Source: Neodothiora populina (lineage: Eukaryota). Taken from it: 64,000 nt of DNA. Positions 50,874 to 60,981 of the stretch are shown here, in pieces. The DNA lies in NCBI RefSeq assembly GCF_041146345.1, contig NW_027191414.1, positions 310,001 through 374,000 on the forward strand. Direction: 5' to 3'. A program made the position numbers and the translations under genes. The first letter of the stretch is position 1; every line of letters begins with the position of its first letter. A model generated the notes under the pieces. The model saw only the letters and a program-made list of their open reading frames with translations. It was not told the DNA's origin and did not search any database.

Positions 50874-50978
50874 ATGGCATCATCAACCGTCTCTCAACCA
50901 GCCGACTCCAAATGGTGGGGTGGATCCAGCAAGGATCCCTACAACGGCAAGGGCGGCGTCATGTGCATCGTCATGTAG
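50874..50978 (+). CDS. Putative a-factor-type (CaaX lipopeptide) mating pheromone precursor, 34 aa: MASSTVSQPADSKWWGGSSKDPYNGKGGVMCIVM
   Basis: Intronless short ORF. It has a Ser/Thr-rich N-terminus, no signal peptide, a terminal CaaX (CIVM) directly before TAG, a C/A-rich leader and upstream HMG motifs. It is below the ORF-track cutoff. Confidence 0.82.
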   Translation: MASSTVSQPADSKWWGGSSKDPYNGKGGVMCIVM

Positions 50979-51739
50979 ATGCGCATGCTGAACGTCAATG
51001 AGCGCCGTCCATCGACCTACGCCTCATTCTTTCGTAGTGTCGAAGAGCAACTTTGCTTTGATCGATGATGATGGTATTATACTTTACGGTCACTACAATC
51101 TCTGGCAGAAGACATCGACCCAGACGAGCCCTGGACACAGTCATCTAAGACGCAGCCCTGGCACTATCATGGGTTAGCGAGCAACTTTCAAGGTTATTCC
51201 AGAGCAGAAGATAGCAACCTTGCAGATGTTTCGAGTATTGTTGCACTCCATGCAATGCTCGCACAAAGGCAGCGGCCCCATTGTTACTGTAGATGAGCTT
51301 CCAATGAAACATGATTCTCGTCGAGCCCATTATTTTCTCTCATTGTCCTGAAGACGTGAAGCATATCCGTGTCCCAAAGCACTTTCTTATAGCTATATAC
51401 ATGACCTTTAGTACAAGTATACCATTACCTAGCAACGAACCACGAAAGTAATCAATCATGATGATAACCAACCAATCAACAAAGGCGTCATTACATGCAG
51501 CCGAAGGGCGAGCCCTGAAGCCGGCGAGCCGGATCCCAGCCCTAGCAGGGAAACGGCAACAGCCGCAGCAAAGAGGAAAGAGCATCACCAGACGACGACC
51601 TCAGCTTCCGGCGCAGCGGGAAAGCGACGACAAGCAACGACAACACAACTCTATACCACTTCCGACCTCATTGTTGTTCAACTTCGCATACCAAAACCCA
51701 CCCAATCTCCTGACTCCAAAATCCCACAAAAAACAAAAA

Positions 51740-52672
51740 ATGGCCTCCATCATCGGTCGCGCCGCCTTCCGCGCCACTCGTCCTCTTCGCTCTACCGGCG
51801 TTCCCAGCGGTAGCCCTGCTGCCACTGCTGCCGCCGGTCGCCAGCAGGATACCAATGCGCTCAAGAAGGGCGCGAAGAGGGATCCCGAGCTTCTCGTACG
51901 CCAGACCTGCTTCTCTTTCTGATCCAGTCCTTTCTCTCTGTCTGCCCATACCTCATACACCCTCAACCGCGGAAATGAATGGCGTCCGAGGCCCTTTCCC
52001 CCATCCACGCTCCCAGAAAAAAAAAGCCCAGCAGAAAAGATACCCTCCCCGAGCCCGAACAACCACCCCGAGAAGCCCCCCCCCCCCCTTAAGACCAACC
52101 TCCTAACGCGCCCCCAACAGATCCTCCTCACAATCATGTCCGGCGCCTTCGGGCTCGTAGGCTGGCACTTCAGCCGCAACCCGACCTCGTCGAGCAGCGA
52201 GAACGCCGTGGCCAAGGCCCCCAACTCCGAGCCCTGGAACACCGGCTCCGAGGCCAAGTACCAGTTCCACCCTGGCGGCGACAGCTCCAAGCCTAAGAAG
52301 GACGCTCCCTCGGCCCTCAACGAGGTTATTGTGCCTAATGTCAACTTGCCTAGGGTCAGCTTTCTCTCTTTCCTTTTTCTTTTGGCTTTGTGTTCGGTTT
52401 GGGTGGGTTTGTTGTTCTTGGGTCGTGGTTCATGGTAGGGAGCAGTCGCTAGGGTTGGTTTCCTGCCGATTGGAGGTTTGAAAGAGGAGGAAAGGGCCGA
52501 GAGAAGCGAGAACAAGCATGCAGAAACGAAGAAATAACCACTTCAAGAACCTCGAGAACAGGACACCCCACCGACTACGGACCAGGATCCGCAAGCAGCT
52601 CCCCGCTAACATCATCTTCTCCTTTAGGAACTCCACGAGAAGTACAACAAGTGGGGCAAGGAGGGATACTAG
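51740..52672 (+). CDS. Small single-TM protein with mitochondrial-type presequence (possibly NDUFA4/MLRQ-like; family uncertain); 3 exons
   Basis: MASIIGRAAFRATRPLR...KKGAKRDPELL|ILLTIMSGAFGLVGWHF...KYQFHPGGD...APSALNEVIVPNVNLPR|ELHEKYNKWGKEGY*. Introns 51896-52120 and 52355-52627; strong codon bias. Confidence 0.8.
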
Positions 52673-53137
52673 ATCCACCTCCTCCCGTATTCTCACCCTC
52701 TACAACAAACGCGGCAGCGAAAGAGGCAACATCCCTTATCTTGTAGAAAACACGAAACATGAGAATGAGACATTCATAGGAGAGGAGAAGGAGAGACGAG
52801 TCGAACATATTGTGAGACAGAGACAGAGACCGAGACAGAGACAGAGAGAAATGTATAGAGTTACAAAACAACCCCCTTGCGTCTTTTACCACACCAAACA
52901 TGATCCCTTTTCCCATAAGGACTGTTTCAAGTGATTTGGTTTTCAGTTTGTCTTCTTATCGTGTCGCTCTTCACTAAACTCGTACTGATCTACAGCTGCC
53001 AGTAGGCCTTCTCTGGAGTCTAGTGGCTTCATGCAACCATCATCATCTGTCAAAGCTGCTTCCATTACCTCGACCACATCCTGTCTTCGGTCTGGAAGAC
53101 GAAGACGTGGAGCGCACCGGATGATGCTCAGAGTCGT

Positions 53138-55588
53138 TCACCACTTCCTGCCGCCGATACCGACGCCTGCAAACTTCAGTCTTCCCTCCTGGGGCTGGAC
53201 TCCTCTGTTACCCAGACTAGTCAAAGTGCCAATCGCCATTGGAGGCTCATGTTCGACCGCAATCCCTCCTATACCAGCGGTGCCGTGGCCGCCGAAACGA
53301 CTGCTGCTGCTCGTAAAAGTCATGGGCCTGTATCTCGCGTCTCTGCCGATCCGCTCGGGGGGCTGGCCCCAATCATCGCCGAAATAGGACTTGTTGCCAT
53401 TGGGACCCCTGTCGATGCACCACTCGGGAGCCGGTGCGAAACGTGCAAAAGGACCATGGCGTTTCTCAATGGGACCTTCGACATAAGACGCAAGGTTCTC
53501 CAGTACGGGTATCAAAAGTCGCGTGGTGTCTTCATTGAAGTCGACGGAACCTTTGCGCTTGTGACTCGAGGTTGCATTTGCGTTTGGTGGGCCTATAGGA
53601 CCAGGCGAGCGCTTGCGAGGCATAGTCGACTTGTGGGCGAGCTTTATTCGCTCGTAAAACTCGTCTTGTCGAGCGCGAGTGTTGCCGCCTAAAAACCAGT
53701 CTCGGAGTTCTTCATCATAGCTTTTCTTGCTGATATCTACAGCTGGGCTGCCGGTGAAGAAAGGTCCTTTCCAATTCTGAGGTGTTGGCATGGAGTATTT
53801 GGCCAACTCTTCGTTGCTGAGCGAGCTGTATGTGCCAACATCATCAAGGACATCGAAACGTCTTGGATTCCAGGGGTCTGGATCAGGCTCGCTCACACCG
53901 AACAAGTCTCTTCTGTCCACAACACTATCGTCGGGGAATACAGGCAGTGGGCCATGAGCACGGAAACTTTGCTCAGAATGCGAAGCCGTACCCACGCTAT
54001 TACTTGTATACAGCGATGACGCTGATTTGGATGATGGCTTTTGTGCGCGTGCTGCGGTCTGTGTTCCGAGAGGGTCCTTAAGCACTGTTCTGGCCGCCGC
54101 TGCTCCCGTTCCGCGAGCCGACGCCGATTCTCCTAGCTTGTTCAGGTACTCCCGCATAGCGGAGCGCTCATTCTTCCGAATGCTGGCACTAGTGACTGGT
54201 ACAGACGGTTCATGCGAGGACTGGGCAACCACGGGAGGGACGCAGTATGCGGGCTGTTGTGTAGAGACATCGGCAATACCGCCCGCCTTGTAATTGGATT
54301 CATATCCAGGCACGTGTTGATACGAGTATGACACTGCAGTGCCAGGAACAGGTGTATGATGTTCTGACGAGGACCCGCGCCAGGCGAGATGTTCTCCGTT
54401 TGCACTAGCATCAGCAAAAGAAATGGCGGCATTTGCAAAATCGAAGGTACCGTAGTCGTCAGGTACTGACTCCCACGCACCAGAGTTGCGGTGGTACGCG
54501 CTCGGAAATCCACCGAAGGACATGCTGTCAAGCGAAGACTGCGTACTGCTCTGAGGCAAACTTGGAACGGGTGGTAGCTGCGCTTGTGAAGAGTGTGATC
54601 GGTTCTGATTGGCAACTTTTGTTGGCACACCAGAAGTCGTGTCCGTCAGCATTACCGGGGTCTTTTGAGGTGGCTCTCCTTGCGCAACTTTCGAGCTCTC
54701 GGTGGGTACGACAGGCAAATAAGTGTTGACTTCCTTGGGTCCCCAAGGAATGCCCATAGTCACAGCCTCCGACTGCTTTGCCACTGCGCGGAAGTATGCG
54801 AGGGTGTTTTGCATCAAGGCTTGCTGCTCTGTCTCTCCTTTCAGCCTCGTGGCTGCAAGCATGCCCTCTCGACGCCGGCGAATGTTTGAGTATTGACCTA
54901 TGTTGGTCCACTGAAACTTGTGGAAAGACCACTGCTGTGCGGAAACATCGCCGTTTGGGTGCATCACAAATTGTATCTGGCCATTTCTGAAGCCTGTGTT
55001 GGACTGCACAAACTCTGGTGGTGGGAGATCGTTGCCGAAAACCTCGTTGATCTCTTTTTTGTCAAAGGGGGCTGCGATTGCAGGTGTCTGCTCCGAGGTC
55101 CTCGCCTCGTATGCATTCAATGCAGCCGCTGGCTTCGACGCTGCCTTGGCCTTCCTTCCTGTCACCAGCTGGAAACCTCCCTCGTCATCATGTCCTTCCG
55201 AAATGAACGCGCCAGCCCTGATCCTGCTGCGAGTGCTGCTCATCGGTGTGATGGACCGAGTGCCACTGTGGGAGCCAGCAGCGGTGTTAGGTCTGAACTC
55301 TTTGGCGTGAACATCAAAAGGGGTCAAATCGCGAGAAGTGATGGGGTCCGAGGCTGACAAGTTCTCATCGCTGCTGTTGTTAAGGCTGAGAGGTTTCCAC
55401 TCGGTCTTAGCCTTGCGGCTCGACCTTGCTTTGGCGCTGACAAGAGCAGCATCATTTTCGATGATTCTCTGTTGCTGGCGTTTTAGTTTATCGGCAGCAA
55501 GTTCAGCAAGACGAATCTCGTCTGCCTGTGCTGTGTCTGAGTCGATCACTCGTGACATGTCACTTGCCACGCCTCTGGACATGGCCAT
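53138..55588 (-). CDS. Uncharacterised, largely low-complexity protein; start codon uncertain (upstream intron-like segments to about 55870)
   Basis: Open frame of more than 2.4 kb with ordered-looking blocks (GQIQFVMHPNGDVSAQQWS...WTNIGQYSNIRRRREG; LLIPVLENLASY...APEWCID...SYFGDDWGQPPERIGRDARY). The first plausible ATG is 55588 (MAMSRG). Confidence 0.8.
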   Translation of the reverse strand: MAMSRGVASDMSRVIDSDTAQADEIRLAELAADKLKRQQQRIIENDAALVSAKARSSRKAKTEWKPLSLNNSSDENLSASDPITSRDLTPFDVHAKEFRPNTAAGSHSGTRSITPMSSTRSRIRAGAFISEGHDDEGGFQLVTGRKAKAASKPAAALNAYEARTSEQTPAIAAPFDKKEINEVFGNDLPPPEFVQSNTGFRNGQIQFVMHPNGDVSAQQWSFHKFQWTNIGQYSNIRRRREGMLAATRLKGETEQQALMQNTLAYFRAVAKQSEAVTMGIPWGPKEVNTYLPVVPTESSKVAQGEPPQKTPVMLTDTTSGVPTKVANQNRSHSSQAQLPPVPSLPQSSTQSSLDSMSFGGFPSAYHRNSGAWESVPDDYGTFDFANAAISFADASANGEHLAWRGSSSEHHTPVPGTAVSYSYQHVPGYESNYKAGGIADVSTQQPAYCVPPVVAQSSHEPSVPVTSASIRKNERSAMREYLNKLGESASARGTGAAAARTVLKDPLGTQTAARAQKPSSKSASSLYTSNSVGTASHSEQSFRAHGPLPVFPDDSVVDRRDLFGVSEPDPDPWNPRRFDVLDDVGTYSSLSNEELAKYSMPTPQNWKGPFFTGSPAVDISKKSYDEELRDWFLGGNTRARQDEFYERIKLAHKSTMPRKRSPGPIGPPNANATSSHKRKGSVDFNEDTTRLLIPVLENLASYVEGPIEKRHGPFARFAPAPEWCIDRGPNGNKSYFGDDWGQPPERIGRDARYRPMTFTSSSSRFGGHGTAGIGGIAVEHEPPMAIGTLTSLGNRGVQPQEGRLKFAGVGIGGRKW

Positions 55589-57573
55589 GTCTGTAGATGG
55601 AAATGAGGGTGTGTAGACTCTTGCTTTCTCGATGGTTGTCTGGATATCGCACCGCTCACTTTGGGCGAAGTGATCAGTGCAATCGAAAAATAGTGAAGAA
55701 AGGATCAACACGTACCTGCAGTAGACTGCAATCTCAACGGACGAGGCAGCTGCTCAGGGCGACGTTTCCTGTGTCAAAGACGAAATCAGATCGAAGTCTA
55801 CGAGGTCAGTCTACCTGATCTGCATGGCAACACTCATCACGAATCTCACCACTGTAATGGCGTATCTCATGTTAATACCCAGCGACGATCCCTTGGATCC
55901 TTGACGCGATCTGTAGGACGGAAAGCTGCGCCCCTTGGATGCAAGATCTAGAGCGTGCACTGAGGTTGCAGCAGATCCAGTGTTGCGGCACAGGAGGCAG
56001 GCGCACGATGCTTTCACAAGGACAAGTTCCGGGTACATCAGACAATCGCGAATGGCATGAACAGAACAACTAGTCCTCACGCACAGTCTTCATCTACAAA
56101 CGCAGACCCCATTCTGACGATACAGTCCGGCTCAGTCTTCACGGATTTGCCCTTATTTGCTCTTACTCCTCTCCACAACTCTAAGCTGGTAGCATACATG
56201 TACGACACCCATGTGTCCAACAGAAATGAACCGCAGGCCACACGTAGAAGCAGTAGTTATATGCAATGTTGTCAATCTATGAGTGACTGTCACCTGTCCA
56301 GCAGATCATCTTGTTCTGGCTGAAGAAACAAACGATTCAAGGAAAAAGTCTATGATACTTAACAAGTGTGGCCACCCATGCTCGCGTGAACGCTGCATGC
56401 ATCCGAGTCGATGCCGCCTTCCCAACGTTCACTTCACTGCAGCAGAGCCATCGTCTGGCCGTCTTCCATTGAGCATGAGCGTAAGATACCTTAGACGTCT
56501 CTACTGATTCGCCGTCTCTGGTGACCACCTGATTACCTACCTGCCTACCGACCTAGCAGAATAACAAACTTGTGGAATTTATCGTTGATATCCATCTCCA
56601 TACGAAAGCAATGAAGCAGAACACAAGAAGCCGCTACATATATCCTACTACCAACCGCATCGTACTCTCAGCCATCCCTTGTGCCGTCTTGGTCTACCTT
56701 ACCCTTGCTCCGCCCGAACACATTCTGCAACACTTCCGTCGTCGCGAACGGCCAATAGAAGAAGGCACAGTGCCAATGTCAGCCGACGATGTGGACAGTC
56801 ATGATAGAGATTATGCAAAGGAGCACTACGGATCGGATCGGATCGTCCAGGATGATGTAAATTTCATGGATACTGTGCGCTGTGAGATGTGGCTGATAGC
56901 CTCGCAAGCTTTGAATAACAGCGCTGCTCACGAGGATTGCCATGACATACTGGAACCATGAGGCGCCGAAGGTATGACTGGGTAACTACAGCATGCGAGG
57001 ACCTCATCGTTCGGACGCGACACCTTCGATGCTTCTAGTAAACATGCGGAGATAACCTGAGCATGTGCACACGACATTAGTCGATCATCCAGTCACCACC
57101 AGCTTTTGCAAAGTTTTGATGATTTGCTAGGGATCGAAGACGTTCAAGGACTAGCAGAAGTCAGCTGGGGGATGCTGAGGACCATTGCAAGATCATTCAA
57201 TCGGCTTGTCTACAATGCTTGTGTTCGCATATGTGAGCTGTGATGGAGATGGTGAATGGTAGTGGAGTGCGACATGAAGTAGCTGCCGGAAGCGGATGAT
57301 ATGACAAGGCACGGACCACGATGGCGGGGCATCAGCGACCATCAGCGACGGCTGCCGCGAAAGCGATCAACGACTTATCGTGGCCCTCGTCCACCTTACC
57401 GTATCTTAGCATTGTATAACTCGTTTGATCCATTTTGAAAAGTTCGACCACAAGTGCTATTGTATCGTGATTCTACAGGACAGCACGCGCCTTGATTCCC
57501 ATGACCGTAGTCACAGCTGAAAGGACCACCGCCATAACCAGATACTTAACAGTCACAACAAATATAGCCCATC

Positions 57574-58210
57574 ATGCAGGCAATGCCGGATTCACGGGAG
57601 CAGACCTTTGAGGAAATCTACGGCCCGCCAGAGAACTTCCTCGAGATAGAGGTACGCCAACATTGGGGGATCCCGCAAGCGGTCACCAAATCCCCCCCAA
57701 AATAAAAGGCCAGCCCACGCACGCATTCAGACTAACACAAAGACGTCCGACTCCGAATAGGTTCGCGACCCGCAAACACACGGCCTGACTCCCTCGTCGC
57801 GCTACACAACCTACGAGATCGCCCTCTCGACCAACATCCCCAGCTTCAAACTGCGCAACAGCAGCGTGCGCCGCCGCTACTCGGACTTTGAATACTTCCG
57901 CGACATTCTCGAGCGCGAGAGCGCACGCGTCACCATCCCGCCCTTGCCTGGCAAGGTCTACTTCAACAAGTTCGACGACGCCGTCATCGAGGATCGCAGG
58001 AAAGGTCTCGAGCGTTTCTTGAAGATTGTCGTCGGTCATCCGCTTCTGCAGACGGGAAGCAGGGTGCTGGGCAGTTTTGTGCAAGGTGAGTAAGGTTCTT
58101 TGTGTTTTTTCTCTTGCTCCGTTTGGAATGCAAGGGGAGTTGAGACGAGTATGTCATCTTACTGATTCGAACTTTGTATAGACCCCAATTGGGATAGGAA
58201 TGCGTGGTAG
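57574..58210 (+). CDS. SNX3: Sorting nexin-3 (PX domain); 3 exons
   Basis: [33 protein letters not shown]...[30 protein letters not shown]...[18 protein letters not shown]. Confidence 0.95.
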
Positions 58211-59352
58211 TATGCGGCTTCTTGATCTCTCTGATCTTCGTCTTCAACCCCAAGTCAATACCAAGTACGGTCCAGTAAAGCCTACCACATCCTACCTTAC
58301 CTGTAATGGAGGAGAGTGGGCCCCATCTTTCTTGAGGTCATTGTTACCTTGCCTCGTTTTTATGAGCGTTTCAGCGTATATGCGTACCACTATTTTCTTC
58401 CGATTCGCCCTAGGCGCTGCTGACGTAATTTCTTTTGCACCTTCGCGTAATTCACCATTTTTACTACGCAGAATTATAAAGCATTCAGTATGGTTTGTGT
58501 CTTTTCGAATGTGCCAATCTTTTTTAGAGTCTGCCGGTAATCTTGCGTATGCCAGTAGGTAAGGACACATCCAAGTGAGGTAGGTGGTCATTAAGTGATC
58601 TTATCGCTCGTTGAGCGCAAGGCGTTATGTCTCTGAAAGAACTGCCATACCATTTTCATGTCTCATGTTTTCAGCATAGAGGATTGCAATAAGCTGTTTG
58701 ACACAGAGTCAATCTTAGGGATTTAATCTTCGCAGTGGCGTAGGTGGTTCTCTTTCTTAATTGATCTCTACACACAACAGTGATTCTAATTCTACTCTAC
58801 ATTATACATTCCTCGCTACCTAGATTATCTGCATGGATCTTTCACGAGATTCTGAGGTCCAGCCACTTGCATAGTTTGGGAAAGCCGCACTGAGACATAG
58901 TCTGCTAAGTCAGAAAGGGCAGTCCAACATGACACTTGTGTAGCAGCAGAGTACAACATCACGGGCTCGCAGTGAGGCGCTCTAGCGGTCCTATGCCATG
59001 CTAATCACGTTAGGACCGCAGCTAGCAGTGTTCGTAGCATCTCTGATCACTGCGCTGGCCATGTTCCCAGCCGCTCTAGTGTAGTAGACTGCACTTTCGC
59101 TGGCACTTGTTCAGTGTACCAGCCCCCTGTTGCCTAAAGAAGCTGGACTACGAACATGCGCACTCCAATGCTATTGTTGTCGTGAGGAACCTGAAACACA
59201 TTGGTCTCATAGTTACCAGCCACCTAGCTTGTTGTTTGTGCACAAAACAGACGTAGATCAAGTGAACATTCCTTTCCCATTGCACCCATACTTCCTGTGT
59301 TCACACAAATTCGTCTAACAAAGAAAAGTCTTACCTTGGCCTTTTGTACACC

Positions 59353-60621
59353 ATGTCTGCTATCGGTCCATTGGCTGAGCAGCTGGGCGAGATCCTGGCG
59401 CAGTATACCCCTGAACAAATTGCTGCACTTATTGATGCTGCTGTGAAGATGCAGCCAAAGACCACTCCTCCAGCTGCGACACCTGCAAAGCGTCGCTCGA
59501 AGAAGACTGCAGTCTCCAAAGTCGCACAGCAGACTGATGAAGCTAAGCTCGATAAGTCCATCAACACTGCTCCATCTCGTCCACTGAACTCCTTTCTGGC
59601 CTACAGAAGTAAGCATTTCAATTGTTCTCGCCTTGCTGTTGATCATTTTTTAACAAAAAGGCAACAGGCTACTACGCATCAATCTTCAAGAAGTACCAAC
59701 AGAAAAATATTTCTGGTCACTTGAGACGTATGTGGACTGAGGATCCTTTTAAGGCCAAATGGAGCATTGTTGCAAAGGCCTACTCAATGATCCGTGAGCA
59801 CGAAGCCAAAGATGACGCCCCTCTGAGCGAGTTCCTAACCATTGCCTGCCCACGCATTGGCATCATCTCCAAGGAGAATTACTTGGCTGTCATGGGCTGG
59901 GTAATCACTGAAGACCAGGATGAAAAGAAAATGGTCCGCCGTTTCGAGCCAGACTTCACCACTTTCGGCGATGACATCCTTGTCACCAACATGTCTGCTG
60001 ATGACGTTGTTGCTTTCGCTGCGCACTCTAAGTACATTGATCAGGTTAGTGACGGCGCTGCTCATTTTCATTGCCAACTTACTAATGACCTCTGCATAGT
60101 CCACAGGTGCCGCTATCGAGCCTTCTTCACCTACACGCGTGCAGATGGTCGCTGCTTCTCTGGCCCAAGTCCTTGCCAACAACCCGGCTCAGGTCCTTGA
60201 TACCGCTGCTGCTCAGGCCGTTGCTGCTGGTCCACCTCTTTTCGTGGGCACTACCCAGGCCCAAGCCATGGCTTCGGCCACAGATGCTCCTGTCGTTCCC
60301 AAGGCCGTTCAGACAGCTGACAAGACTGTCGAGACCACTTACATGCCACAAATTATCGATAGATACACTCCTGGTAGTGTAGCCGCGCTGCAACAGACTC
60401 TCTTCGACTTCTCCGATCAGGAGTACCCTTTCTACGATGGTTTTGACCCACTGGCAACTGAGACTCCAACTCCAACTTGGAACCCATTGGTCGGCAACCC
60501 TGACATTCCTTACGATGTCACCGACCCCGCCACCTACCTCCCCCAGACCGAACTTGATTTTCCCAGCGACTTTGACATCGACGAGATCATGAGAGGAAAC
60601 ACACTCGGTCTTTTTCAGTGA
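59353..60621 (+). CDS. MAT1-1-1: Mating-type protein MAT1-1-1 (alpha-box transcription factor); 3 exons
   Basis: RPLNSFLAYRS|YYASIFKKYQQKNISGHLRRMWTEDPFKAKWSIVAKAYSMIR, with the conserved alpha-box intron in the Ser codon (59609-59667). It continues with APLSEFLTIACPRIGII..YLAVMGW, a second intron 60045-60099 and an acidic C-terminus. Confidence 0.95.
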
Positions 60622-60981
60622 GACTGCTCATTGGAACTTCTCTACACATACAGCACTTTAGGCACATAACGCACATACAGCAGTTATAGCACATATCGAA
60701 GGGATGATGTCGCTCACATGCGGCACTAGAGACGGTGTTTACGTGATTCTGGGGTTTGGCTTGGCTGTAGCTCCGGAAGGAGGGTTCGGCGTTTGGGGAG
60801 GCTCCTTTGCGTGTACCTTACAGTACACATAGCAGGTACAACAGCACATTCCATAGTAATAAATACCCTGTCACCATAATCGCTTTCGAAATACATTCCC
60901 TATCTCATGTGATCGAAAACATGCATCGTAACTATATCTCTTGTTCATTAAAACCCCAGTGAATCTGAGGTTGCCATCTTG

